The notes: generated from the letters alone by a model not told the origin. DNA of 64,000 bases from Octopus vulgaris (GCA_951406725.2 OX597826.1:49910001-49974000); one strand, 5' to 3'; positions 42,472-56,638 are shown, numbered from the stretch's first letter. A program made the numbers and translations.

Positions 42472-42718
42472 TATATAAAGGTTGATAGTAACTTCAAAGT
42501 TTCAGAGTTTGCTCGTCTTCGTGAAGCAGTCTGATGAAGGGAAGACACTCAAACCGAAAAGTCACCGCAAGCAAACCGGAAAGTCAACTCATGTAAATTT
42601 GGGGTTAAAAAGCCCTTTGCATGGGAAAAGTCGAAAGCTGCTCGTTGACTCGAATCCACACCTCCTGTAAACATGAATTCTGATGTCAAAGCATGTTTAT
42701 GTTCTTCTCCTTCAAATA

Positions 42719-42799
<81 letters not shown>

Positions 42800-43231
42800 A
42801 CACGCACTCTCCCTGCCTCTCTCCTCCCATCTGCCTCTCACTCTCTTTACTCTGTCGTCCCCCCTTCATTTCTTTTGTTACCCATCTTTTTTTTCTTTTT
42901 CATTCACATCTGATAATCGAAGATGCATTAGGCGAATGTAAATCAACCCGTGCTTGTCTGATACTTTATTTTATCGACCCCGGGATAATAAAAAGGGCAA
43001 GCTGGTCTCGACGTGATTTGAGCTCAGAACGTAAAAAGCCTTACGTATCTGCTAGGTGTTTTGTTCGATGCGCTAAGTTCGGTCCCCCCCTCTCTTTCTC
43101 TCTCTCTCTCCTGCTCTCTCCCCTTCTCTCTCTCGCACTCACTCTTTCCTTCCTACTCTCCTTTTCTTCCTTTCTTTCTTCCTCCATCTCTCTCTCTCTC
43201 TATCTATCTATCTCTCTCGTTCGCTTCCTCC

Positions 43232-43289
<58 letters not shown>

Positions 43290-44224
43290 CTGTTCTCTCC
43301 CTTCACTTCTTCCTTACTCCCTATATATCACAAATTCTCCGGGTATCTAGCAATACCTTCCTTTTAAAATCTCTCATTTTCACCCTTACTTTCTTCATTC
43401 CTTAGTTTCTCTTCTCCCTCCACTATCCTCTTTCTCCCCTCCCCCACCTCTTTCTGTGTTTCCTCTCTTCTCTTTCTGCCTCTGCCTCCTCCTCTCTAAC
43501 TCTCATTTAACCTCCATTTCTCTCATTCATTCCCTCTACCACTCGCATGTCTTTTCTCTCTCTTTCTTTGGTTGTCTCTTTCTCTCAAAATCACGGTTTT
43601 TTCTCCTTTCCCTCTTTCTCTCGCTTACAAATCCTTAAACAGCCTTCTCGTTCTTTCTCTCTATCTCTTTATATTTTCTCCCCTTCTCTCTATCTCTCTC
43701 CTCCCCTCTCTCTTCCCCTCGCTCTCTCTCCATCTCTCTTTCTCTCTCACTCTCTCTCTCTCTCTCTCTTTTTAGCCACCTCTACTTAGCACTTTTACCT
43801 TTTCCATTTTCTCCATCTTTCTTATGCATTTCCTCTCTCTTTCTCTCACTTAACAACTCTCTTTTCTCTCTCTGTCTCTCTTTCCCTCTCTCTCTCTCTC
43901 TCATTCTCTGTCCGTCTATATCCCTCTCTCCGCATCATCATTCTCTAATGATGTTTTCTCTAGAGAGATTACACCGCCATATTTCTTCATATTCCTACTC
44001 CACCCTCTCCAGTGAAAACACACACTCCTACAAACACACACAAACACACACACACTCGTGTCGTCTGCCGTACAATCAACCAAAGATGTATAAAAACCAA
44101 ACAGTGATGTCGACTGGTTTATCTTCCATGGAGCAATTCAAACGCTTTATGCTAATATTTTGATAAGGAAAGCCGGAAAAAACTACCGCAAAATGACAGC
44201 AGCAGCAGCAGCAGCAGTAGTGGC

Positions 44225-44294
<70 letters not shown>

Positions 44295-44389
44295 TGAAAA
44301 AATGCTTAATAAATGTAAAGTAGTGGGATTGATGACAAGTTAGAGGAGAACGGGTAGAGATGGTAGAGTGAATGGGTGTAGGGGAGTGA

Positions 44390-44465
<76 letters not shown>

Positions 44466-44944
44466 AAAAAGAAAGAAGGAAAGGTACAAAGAAAATGAAT
44501 GGAAGAGTAAGTAAATGAAAGCAGTAAGGACATAAGGAAGGAAAGAAGGAATAATTCTAGGAAAACAAAACAGGTAAAAGAAAAGAGTTAAAAGTATAAA
44601 TATGAAAAGGTAAACCGATAGTGGTGGGTGGGTGGGGGCGCTTTAATAGATTGAATAGATGAACGGTAGATTGGTTTAGGTAGGTAGGTATGGGAAGATG
44701 GTAGGAAGGAGGGAAGGAGAGAAGGAGCGATGTTGGAGGTTAGTAGGTTAGTATTGGTACGTAGGTAGGTAAATAGGTTGATAGGTATTGTTGGTCGATA
44801 CACAGATTACGTAAATAGACATATATGGGTGTGTATGCATAATATAAGTACATGTGTATGTATGTATGTATGTATGTATGTATGTATGTATGTATGTATG
44901 TATGTATGTATGTATGTATGCATATGTCTCTTCTATTTTTTAAT

Positions 44945-45842
44945 TATTATAAATCTTCCACTGAGGAAGGGGCCGATTTCCTACAAAGGTACAAGGCTCC
45001 ATCTTTGGGATGTAGTCAACAGAAACAAATTCACATTTAGAACTTGAGAAAAGTCTTGCATATTTTTACTGTTCCACTCACAGATTGCACTTCTAATGTA
45101 CGAATCAGCCGGTCGATTTCTCTTTCTGAAAATCCCAGTTTATACAGATTCTCCTTTAAGCATTTACTAACAAAACCTAGTTCTCCACTTATTATTGGTA
45201 TGAATGAAGGCGCGTGGCTTAGTGGTTAGGGCATTCGGCTCATGATCGTAAGGTTGTGAGTTCGATTCCCGGCGACGCGTTGTGTCCTTGAGCAAGACAC
45301 TTTATTTCACGTTGCTCCAGTCCACTCAGCTGGCAAAAATGAGTTGTACTTGTATTTCAAAGGGTCAGCCTTGTCACTCTCTGTGTCACGCTGATTATCC
45401 CCGAGAACTACGTTAAGGGTACACGTGTCTGTGGAATGCTCAGCCATTTGCACGTTAATTTCACGAGCAAGCTGTTCCGTTGATCGTATCAGCTGGGACC
45501 CTCGTCGTCGTAACCGGCGGAGTCTTTTTTTTAGGTATGAATATGAATTCATAAACTGAATATAGTAACTGGAGGTTTCGAAGCAGTTGTCCATAGACAT
45601 CCTCTTTTTCTTTGATTTTCAGAGATATTTACATCTGCGGACAGCTGACCTCTATGATAGTACATACCTTTGCCCCTCTGTCCCAAACAACAACATCCGG
45701 GCTGTTATGTCTAAATTTGACAGAAGCTTTGATGGGAATATTCCACCAATATTCCTTGAGTTGGTGTTTATGAATGTATTCCACACCAGAAGGATTTTCT
45801 AGACTTATTCCAGGACAGTCGTTTTTGCGGATGGCATGTATC
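44945..45842 (-). pseudogene. 3' fragment of an RLE-type (R4-like) non-LTR retrotransposon, split by a SINE
   Basis: EYWWNIPIK..RHNSPDVVVWD..CTIIEVSCP/DVNI..KIKEKEDVYGQLLRNL..FIPIISGELG..GTVKICKTFLKF* (PD-(D/E)xK endonuclease), followed by a short 3' UTR. Confidence 0.85.
45206..45533 (+). mobile_element. tRNA/CORE SINE, full length
   Basis: Box A TGGCTTAGTGG, box B GTTCGATTCC and CORE-like TGTGTCCTTGAGCAAGACACT; 9-bp TSD GGTATGAAT at 45197-45205 and 45534-45542. Confidence 0.92.
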
Positions 45843-46084
45843 TCTGTCAGTCTGTCTGTCTGTCTGTCTGTATGTAATGTATGTATGTATGTAATGTATG
45901 TATGTATGTATGTATTGACGTCATAAAGATTTTACGAACTTTCGATAGAACGTAAAATAATTCTACAGCTATAATGAATATTATGAAAATATTGGATTTT
46001 TCTATCCAAAAAAGGGTTTTACACTTCAGTATTTACATGCTATTCTCTATAATTCAAGATCCACCATTCCTAACAAGAATTATT

Positions 46085-46143
<59 letters not shown>

Positions 46144-46275
46144 ATATATTATATTATATATCATATATATATGTACGTATGTGTATAAGTATGTGTGGAT
46201 GTGTATATGTGTGTATATAAGTGTGTGTGTACATCTCTCTGTCGGTCTCTCTCTCTCTCTCTTTCTCTCACTCTT

Positions 46276-46306
<31 letters not shown>

Positions 46307-46556
46307 ATACGGACACACACACACTCATATATATATATATATATATATACGTATATATATATAATTTTACTCGCTTCATCCAGGAGGTGGAAGATCTTCA
46401 GAACACCCATATTTCCCAAGCGCTCCCTCAATTAAGTGAGCCTAGGACAACCGTGGGACAAAATCCCCTCTGTTATAGATTTCTGTTTTTTTGTTTTGTT
46501 TTTTTTTGGGGGGGGGGGTTGTAACAGATGTATTTGTTTGAACCCCCATTTAAGTA

Positions 46557-46851
46557 CAGGTAAACCCAACTATCCGAATATGGATGGCTCAAAACGTCTT
46601 ATAATCCGCATTAGTTTATAAATAGTTGCTTCAAATTCCTGCGGCCGCCAAACTAGTTTTTTGGTGGCCCTGTTTCATAAGAACTTGCAGGGTAAAATAT
46701 AAATAAACTTAACTGCTACCTGTATTTAATTTGATTATTTAAGTAAATTTAATGCTTATTTAATTTTGAGGTAACCAACTCTGGTTCGGAAAAATCAATA
46801 ATCCAGAATGGTTTTGAGACCAAAGATTCCGAGAAGTCGAAGTTGAACCTG
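46557..46851. mobile_element. Possible old pogo/Tigger-like MITE
   Basis: TA-CAGGT...ACCTG-TA termini with weak further inverted similarity. Confidence 0.35.
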
Positions 46852-46986
46852 TACTAACTAGGGAGAAAGAAAGAAAGAAAGAAAGAAAGAGGTAGGTAAG
46901 CAAATAGATAGATAGATAGATAGATAGAGGGAGAGAGAAGAGAGAAAGGAAGGAAGAAAGAAAGAGGCAGGTAGGTGGGTAAGCAA

Positions 46987-47067
<81 letters not shown>

Positions 47068-47114
47068 TAAATAGATAGACAGACAGACAGACGGACAGAC
47101 CGACAGACATCCAA

Positions 47115-47196
<82 letters not shown>

Positions 47197-47435
47197 GGAT
47201 AATAAACAGATAGAGTGATACAAAACAGATACAGTAGCAAAAGAAAGAGGAAGTTGTAAATGCTATAATGAGGCCAGTTGAAGGGCAAAGGTGAACCCCA
47301 ATTTGTCATTAAATAACAACAGGCAACAGTAAATAATAGAAAATCCAGATTTTAAATAGAATTTCCAGATCTTCTTTGTGAAAAGCAGCTTACAGCAATA
47401 GATGGGGATTGGAGGTTGTTTATATGGGTGTCCCC

Positions 47436-47479
<44 letters not shown>

Positions 47480-47559
47480 CTCTCGCTCTCTCTCTCTCTA
47501 TGTTAGATATATATATAAGAAGGTTGCAGGTGGGATCAATGGTGTTTCTAATCAATGTG

Positions 47560-47572
47560 ATTGCGGAGTTGC

Positions 47573-47609
<37 letters not shown>

Positions 47610-48250
47610 ATTGTTGTTGTTGCTGCTGTTGTTGTTGTTGTTGTTGTTGCTGTTGTTCTTGTTCTGATAGATAGTTGTTTTAAAATAGCTGTGATGATGA
47701 TGATGATGATGGCGACGACGACGATGATGATGGTGACAACGACGACGATGATGATGATGATGATGATGGTGACAACGACGATGACGATGGTGACGATGGT
47801 GACGATGATGATCATCATCATAATAGAGAGCCAAAGAGAGAGAGAGAGAGAAAGCCCATCATCGTAATGGTGGTGATGGTCTTGATGGTGAAGGCATGAT
47901 GGTAGAAATAGCGGTGGCGGCGGCGGTGGTGGTGGTGGTGGTGGTGGTGGTAGCGGCAGCGGCGGTGGTGGTGGTGGTGGTGGTGGTGGTGGTGGTGGTG
48001 GTGGTGGTGGTGGTGGTGATGGTGATGGTGATGGTGGAGATGGTTGTGTCTGCAATGTCTGCAATGGTCAAATGTTCTTATTGCTTCTGATTTCGTTTTT
48101 GCTGCTCTTAGTTGATAATGCTGACGGTGATGGTATGATATCGGTGATGTCTGTGGTGGTGGCGACGGCGGCGGCGGTGGTGATGGTGGTGGTGGTGGTG
48201 GTGGTGGTGGTTCTGCTGCTGCTGCTGCTGGTCGTCATCGTATGATGCTG
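47560..48250. repeat. Compound trinucleotide repeats (GTT, GAT, GGT, GGC)
   Basis: Visible repeat runs. Confidence 0.95.
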
Positions 48251-48519
48251 CTAGTGATGGTCGCCGTTGTGGTCCGTGATCGTAGTAATCTTGTAGTAGT
48301 TTTGGAGATAATGTTACTGCTAGTGGTGGTGATGACCAGATTAGCTTTTGTAGAATTGAGTGGTGGTGGTAGTGGTATAGGGGAGGTGGTGGGGTCGTAT
48401 CTGGTTAGATGATGATGGAGCTAGTGTTCTCTGTCTAAAACGGTAGATTATTTATTTTTTTGCATTTTGTTTTGGTTTGTTTTGTTTTTCTTAGTGAGTC
48501 TGGAAAAAGAGGTAGAGCT

Positions 48520-48740
48520 AATGACCTTTGCAAGGCCCTGCGAGACACAAATCTTACAGGAAACCCTTGAACAAGGGACACGATTCTAGTTGGGTGGTGT
48601 TCAGGGAAGAAGGAATTGGACGTTACTGTTACAGCAGGCCTGGGAGAATATGATGTACAACAAGTGTGGCGAGAGATGAAGAGATGGTGCCCCAGGACCA
48701 TAGTTATGTTTAAACAGTTGTAGATGAACACCGTCTCGAA
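48520..48740 (+). mobile_element. Possible RTE LINE 3' fragment
   Basis: Degenerate LGGVQGRR...DVQQVWREM resembles the RTE C-terminus (LGKIEGRR...DREAWR). Confidence 0.35.
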
Positions 48741-48756
48741 AAATTTTTGTCTCTCG

Positions 48757-48865
48757 GCCGTTTTTACCGAACCACTAAGTTACCGGAACGTAAATACACC
48801 AGCACCGGTTGTCAAGCGATGGCAGGGGACAAACACTGACACAAAGACACACACACACCCTCACG

Positions 48866-48918
<53 letters not shown>

Positions 48919-49096
48919 GTGTGTGTGTATACGACGGGATTTTTTTCAAGTTTCCGTCGATCAAAGCCACTAACAAGAATTTGGTCGGCCTGAGGCTGTA
49001 ATAGAAGATACTTGTCCACGGTGTCACGCAGTGGGACTGAAACTAGAACCATATGGCCGAAAGCAAACTTCTTACCACACAGCCACATCTGCGCCT
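48757..49096 (-). mobile_element. CORE-type SINE (OR2-like)
   Basis: Family match; further minus copies at 54295-54705 and 55190-55553. Confidence 0.85.
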
Positions 49097-49125
49097 ATGT
49101 ACACACGCGCGCGCGCACATATATG

Positions 49126-49484
49126 ATCCGAAATATACAGTATTATATGTCTATCACGACTGATCTTAGCAATCACTTTCGCTCTTAGAATATAACGGAG
49201 TGTTAGGTAACAATCCGATTATATAACTTTAAGCTCATCAGAGTTAACCGATATGGAAAAGAATATGGCGACCGCTCTCTATTGTCAGAGGTGAATGGAC
49301 CTAAAAGGTATCCGAAATGCACAGTATTTTATGTCCATTACGGTGAATCTTAATCGGTTTCGCGCTAGGATTACAACGGTGTGTTAGGTAGCTATCTGAT
49401 TATGTAACTTTACACTCATTAGAGTTCGCCGGTGTGGAAAAGAATATTGCAACTACTCTCTTCTGTTGGAAGTGAATGAACCCA

Positions 49485-49487
<3 letters not shown>
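49126..49487 (-). repeat. Two diverged 184-nt tandem units, each with a hammerhead fold (retrozyme-like)
   Basis: ATCCGAAAT anchors at 49126 and 49310; colinear units; ends at (TA)n. Confidence 0.8.
49157..49250 (-). ncRNA. Type I hammerhead ribozyme with long stem II
   Basis: CGGTTAACT-CTGATGA-GC[long hairpin]GC-GAAA-GTGATTGC-TA-AGATCAGTCG. Confidence 0.7.
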
Positions 49488-49555
<68 letters not shown>

Positions 49556-49821
49556 TGCTGTTGACACCACCGGATTGAATGGTACTGTCCAGGTGTCGAA
49601 ACCACAATGATATCCGTGGGACAGCTGATGATGTAGGTATGTTGGATTGTTGGTATGGCTGTGGAATAATATTATACCACATCCTTTTGATATATATATA
49701 TAGAGAGAGAGACAGAGAGAGAGACAGAGAGACATACATACATACATACATACATACATACATACATACATACATACATACATACATACATACATACATA
49801 CATACATACATAGGTATTGTT

Positions 49822-50050
49822 GTAGACCGGTTTAACTTTCGCTGGCGTCTCCGACATTTCAACATCACCAGGGCCGAATTCTCGGTGCTTTGATGTCTCC
49901 GATGCCATCAAGACATTATCATCGAACCGACCGACAAAGATGGAAATGTGGTAGTATAGCGTGCAGACCTTTTTAATGCTGAAGACTTCAAGACGTCTCC
50001 TTCTATCGCCCTGTAACCTCCAACACTACGTCACAAAGACTTTTCAATGA
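49822..50050 (+). pseudogene. PLE (Neptune-like) RT N-terminal fragment
   Basis: NITRAEFSVL*CLRCHQDIIIEPTDKDGNVVV*RADLF matches the PLE motif DIVIKPADKGGAVVVW. Confidence 0.75.
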
Positions 50051-50263
50051 CTTTCCCATTCCTCTCGAGTGTCAGACAAATACACCTGCTTGTATAAGTT
50101 TAATACTTGGAAAGAATGGCCTGAGTTCTTCGACAGAAAGGATTGAGAGGGAAAAAAGGATTGAGAAAGGAGAGGGAAGAAAAAATGGAGAGAGAACGAA
50201 AAAGGGTGGAGAGAGTAAAAATGTGCAGGGATTAACGGTTTAACATGATGATGATGATGATGA

Positions 50264-50356
<93 letters not shown>

Positions 50357-50402
50357 ATATATATACACATATATATACATATATATACATATATATATAT
50401 AC

Positions 50403-50448
<46 letters not shown>

Positions 50449-50609
50449 GCATATATGGGTACAGGACATCACCAACGGTGCAAATAACATGAAATACGTA
50501 AACAAACGAGTTAAATACATAAACAAGGAAGAAAATTGGAAAACAGGACGAGTAAACACAGAGAAAGGACCCTTCATCAGTTGTCGACTGTCATTCTACT
50601 CCTCATTTC

Positions 50610-50682
<73 letters not shown>

Positions 50683-51375
50683 GGAAAGTAACTGAAAGGG
50701 GGTGAGTGAGGGAGAGAGTGTGATGATAGTTAAAATTGATTACTTTTCCATTATTTGAAATTGTTACTGCTTTCGCAAATTTAATCTTTTTCTGATGCGT
50801 TAAAGAGTCAATGAGGATCGAAACTGCTCGAAACGTTCTTCCTGGTGGCATAAGCATTTGAGTAAGAATACTGGGTCTGTTTAGTGAACTGCTGGCTTAA
50901 CGGTCCAGAATGCAAGTTTTTCACCAAATTCTCTTTGATATATTGGCAGCGGTGAAAAGAGAAAAGATATAGAGTAACTGTGAGAAATAATAGAATTATA
51001 TTCTTGCTTCTCCTCCCTATACACACACACACATACACACGCGAGTGCACACACACACACACACAATCACAGACAAATTCCGACAAACTCACACAAGTAC
51101 ACATAAGAACATATACGTACGCTAGCATTTACTTTCGCACACACACGTATATGTACACACCCTGATGCACACACCCTGTTGTAAACAACACGATACACAC
51201 TCATCACCTTCCAGCATCGTTTCAACAGTTGATAAAGAACAAAGGGTTTGGCTTTCTTCAATCCATGATAAATACAGACAAGTACATAGGCATACGCACA
51301 CACACACACATATATATATACTTACAGGCGTGTATATATATATATGTGTGTGTGTGTATATGTATGCATATATGC

Positions 51376-51428
<53 letters not shown>

Positions 51429-51492
51429 GACACACACACATATCCATATATATTTATATGCACAAACGCATATATATGTGTATGTGCGTGTG

Positions 51493-51624
<132 letters not shown>

Positions 51625-51771
51625 AGTTCATAGTATTTCTGTTTTTGTAGACCTCTGGCAACAGATGAAATGAGTTTGTGAGTTCCCTCCTCATTATCAT
51701 TTTTAGTGAATTGCACCAGTCTGAGATGTGTCGGAGTCTATTTCTAGCTAAGGAGATGCATAGAAGGTGCT

Positions 51772-52032
51772 TGTAAAGACATGAACATGACATACATAGG
51801 GCAGACATCTAGGAGTATTGCCGAACGAATAAATGAACACTTGAGACAATATGACGACAAAAAACAGTCCTCTATACTCTACCAACATGCCAAGGACTAA
51901 CATGGAGACAACCTGGGTCAACTTGATATCAGGATTTTATCCAAGTACCCAAAGCACCCAACGCTCAGATAAATACATGAGTACGTCCTCATAAGTGAGA
52001 TATCACCAGTACTAAATAGGAAATATATGTAG
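51772..52032 (+). pseudogene. PLE-type GIY-YIG endonuclease fragment
   Basis: Single frame with stops: [26 protein letters not shown]...LYQHAKD*H...LR*IHEYVLISEISPVLNRK. Confidence 0.8.
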
Positions 52033-52450
52033 TAGATATCATACCCTCATACCCACATATAGAGTAGAATAGTTAGTGGGCTGTTATGTAGATAGATGTA
52101 TGTATCTATGAGTGTGGGTGGGTGTATACATTATATATGTATATGCACAAGTATATAGGCATATGGATATGAATATAAGCAGATAGACATACAGAAGGAT
52201 AGGTACATAGATTATATGAACAGACAAGCGCACATACACACACATACACAAATGAAGACTGAAACACATCACCATATATACACACACACACTTCACACAA
52301 GGATACATATGGAGACACACGTCCACACATATGGAGATACACATACATACATACATACATACATACAAACACAGTACATAGTCGCAAAAACACATACACA
52401 GACACACTCAGACATGCACACACAAGCAGACAAAGGTATACACACACACA

Positions 52451-52497
<47 letters not shown>

Positions 52498-52785
52498 TGA
52501 CCCAAAGTCACCCGACAGTAAATGGAAATTCCATAAAGGTTGCAAGACAACAGAAATTTTAGAAAAAATGAATAAGTAAATGAGTGGAAATTTTACCAGC
52601 GAGTGTGTTAAATTATAAGGCACTAAAAAGAGAATGACTCTCCCCAGACACAACAGAATATGCTTCAACACACGAACTCATATAAAATATCTTGCAAACC
52701 AAATCCCAAAACTAAATATATATTTCATCAGTTGTCGTCTGTCTATCTACTCCTCATTTCGAGCAAACAATATATGTATATATAC

Positions 52786-52868
<83 letters not shown>

Positions 52869-53215
52869 TATATTATATTTGTATATAATATAACAATGTA
52901 CACGCGCTTACATAGATATATTAATATATTTTATCATGGGTATAACAAAATATGTTTACATTTGTTTACCTTATAGTTATTCTCTTTCATCCACAAATCC
53001 TCATGCTCGCTCATTCATATACACTCACATATATTTTTGTGTATATGTATTTGAGTGTTTCAGTATGTGTGTGGATGTATGTTAAGTGTACACGTGTGTA
53101 GTAGCTACAAGCAACTATCCCCTCTGTGGTTAAGAATATGATTAAGCGATCACTGATGAAGCAGTAAATGGTTTTGAAGCTACTCACATCATCTTTCGTT
53201 CCTCTGACATATATG

Positions 53216-53314
<99 letters not shown>

Positions 53315-53553
53315 AATATGGGAAATATATGTTGATAAGGAAATGAACCTTAAGATTCTAATCCAGAAAAGTAGTCCATAATTAATCCGAGGACTGTGTG
53401 ATTTCGTTGTTTTTCTTCTTTGTTTTGCCATATGAGTTACAAATATTGTTGTCTGTGGAGACTTATTTTTGTAGTAAAAGGAAATAGTAGTCTTTTGGCT
53501 GCTATTTCTAATATTTTCGGTATGTGGTTTAAACAACTTGTTGCAAAAAAACC

Positions 53554-53637
<84 letters not shown>

Positions 53638-54824
53638 TCTTCCATTTTCCTGAGCGCCTAATAATAATAATACTGTAATTGTTCCACGTGTTGTTGTTTT
53701 TTTCTGTTTTCCCGTTTGGATTAACCTATATATATATATATATATATATGGGTTATTTTGGTTATCGCATTTACAGTCTTAAGTCTATAAATATAGAAAA
53801 TTATTATTAGTTAATTTAAACAATAATTTTTTTTATATACCAACTAATTTAAACAGATAAAAGAGTTGTTGTATTGAAGATGTAATTGTTTATATATTTT
53901 TTTTTACAGTTATACGTAGGTGAAGACTTAGATACTTAATTTATATACATTCATATACATCTATATACACGTATATCTTTGACATGAAAAGGTTTCAGTT
54001 ATCATATGTTTGAGATGTAATAAAGTGAATTTCGATGGTTGTAGATTGCACTTACTTGATTGTATCATCCGTTAAAGTGATTTTGTTGTTTTAATTGTAA
54101 TTGATGTATGATTGAATAGTTAACACTCACGCTCATAACACAAATATTTAAATTAAATTTTACAATCCAGCCGTCCTTTCACAGGAAATATCGTCTTTTT
54201 TCTAAACTATGATCTCGAAGTGAATTTGTATATAATGGAACTGATTATGTATATCAGAAAAAATATAATTCGAAGCAATTTGTTATTTTTCTTATATTCT
54301 TGTATTTGTTTAAGTCAATTGACTGAGACCAGGCTAGAACACAGCCTTTTAGTCGAAGAAATCGACCCCAGGATTTATTCTTTGTAAGCCTAATAGTTAT
54401 TCTATTGCTCTCTTTTGCCCAACCGCTAAGTTACGGAGACATAAGCATGCCAGCATCGGTTGTCAAGTAATGGTGGGGAGACAAACAGACATACAAACAT
54501 GTATATATATATATATATACATACATACTTACATATATATATATATATATATATACGACGGGCCTTTTTCAGTTTCCGTCCACCTAATCTACTCACAAGA
54601 CTTTGGTCAGCCTAAAGCTGTAGTAGAAGACACTTGCCCAAGGTGCCACGCATTGGGAAAACCATGTAGTTGAGAAGCAAGCTTTTTACTATATATAGTG
54701 ATGCCTATATATATATACATACATATATATTTATGTGTGTATTTATGTATGTATGTATGTATGTATGTATGTATGTATGTATGTATGTATGTATGTATGT
54801 ATGTATGTATTTATGTATGTATTA

Positions 54825-55185
54825 ATAGTAATGGTATGACAACAAAAGAATGAATGAGACCTCGATATTATGTAAATAGACGAATATATCTGTAATATAT
54901 GTAGCAATTTTTCGGTTACCATAATAAAACTCCGAGTTTAGGATGTCGGAGCGGAAATCTGCTCGGGTTTTTTCTCTTTATTTAACGGTCATTCTTAATA
55001 GCGCTTTTGTTTGTCTTAATAACGGCCATTTACATCGTAATTTCCCTTTGTTTAACGGTCATTTTCATAGCATTTTTTCATTGTCTTAATAACTGACGAA
55101 ATGCCGGAGCAGATTTCAGCCCCGACATCCGAAACTAGGAGTTTTATTATGGCAACCGAATAATTGTCACATATATTATATTTAT
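54825..55185. mobile_element. Inverted partial plus forward copy of the hammerhead-bearing element also at 42080-42345
   Basis: 54825-54967 is the reverse complement of the element 3' half; the forward copy carries TAATAA-CTGACGA...C-GAAA-CTAGGAG-TT-TTATTA at 55087-55149. Confidence 0.7.
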
Positions 55186-55552
55186 ATATATATTCTTTTA
55201 TTCTTTCACTTGTTTCAGTCATTTGACAGCGGCCATGCTGAAGCATTGCCTTAAGTTCAACAATCGACACCAAGACTTATTCTTTGTAATAGCTATTCTA
55301 TCGGTCCCTTATGCCGAACCACTAAGTTACAGGGATGTAAGCACACCAACATGGTGGGGGAGAAACACAGACACACAAACAAACATACGACGGGTTTACT
55401 TTTCCGTGTCCGTCTACCAAATCCACTCACAAGGTTTTGGTTGGCGCAAGACTATAGTAGAAAACAATTGTCCAAGGCGCCACGCAGTGGGACGGAATCC
55501 AGAATCAGGTACTTAGGAAGCAAACTTCCTACCAAGCAGCCACTCTTGTGCC

Positions 55553-55641
<89 letters not shown>

Positions 55642-55684
55642 GCACATGTGTACATAGAAAGACAGACAGACAGATATATAGATA

Positions 55685-55846
55685 GGCGCAGGAATGGCTG
55701 TGTGGTAAATAGCTTGCTTACCAACTACATGGTTCTGGGTTCAGTCTCACTGCGTGGCACCTTGGGCAAGTGTCTTCTACTGTAGCCTTGGGCCGACCAA
55801 AGCCTTTTGAGTGAATTTGGTAGACAGAAAATGGAACAAGCCCGTC

Positions 55847-55933
<87 letters not shown>

Positions 55934-56108
55934 TGTATGTATGTATGTATGTATGTACGTATGCGTGTGTATATGTTTGTGTGTCTGTGTTTGTCCCCAC
56001 AACATCACTTGACAACCGATGCTGGTGTGTTTACGTCCCCCGTAATTTAGCGGTTCGGCAAAAGAGACCAATAGAATACTAGACTTACAAAGAATAAGCT
56101 CTAGGTCA
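55685..56108 (+). mobile_element. CORE-type SINE (OR2-like) with expanded internal (TA)n/(TATG)n
   Basis: Head GGCGCAGGAATGGCTGTGTGGTAA, GGTTCAGTC box B-like, GGCACCTTGGGCAAGTG core and internal microsatellite. Confidence 0.88.
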
Positions 56109-56607
56109 AATACACACATGCACACACATACACAACAATAACACACACACGCACACACATACACAACAAAAGCACACACACACAGGTAATCGTTCCGTAA
56201 GTCAGGGATGACATTGAAATAAACATGCGAGAAGCCTTTGAAGACAGAAGACAGAAGGATGAATAACCCGGCAGAAAAAATGAATTGAGCTCAAAACAGA
56301 GAATACGATTGGTTAAAATTCGAAGAATTAAACTACGTAAAAGTTACAAAATACATTTTTCTCAAAAAAACTAATTGAAATTAACGTTTTCTTTTGACAC
56401 ATTCTACCAGTATACGACGTTTCAAATTATTTAGTTAAGTAGAAAATTCTGTCCATCTTTTAGAAAAGATGCCTAAATGCGGTGCTGCAGCATGGTCGCA
56501 GTCAAATGACTGAAACAAATGAATGAATAAAAGAAAGAATAGATATGTAAATATATAAACACAAACACGTGTTTGTACATGTGTGTGTGTGTGTGTGTGC
56601 GCCTGTG

Positions 56608-56638
<31 letters not shown>

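Noticed and set aside
45206-45285. tRNA gene
   Set aside because: The head continues into a SINE body with a TSD; the same applies to the other tRNA-like SINE heads
53153-53190. CTGATGA hammerhead
   Set aside because: No GAAA box or stems
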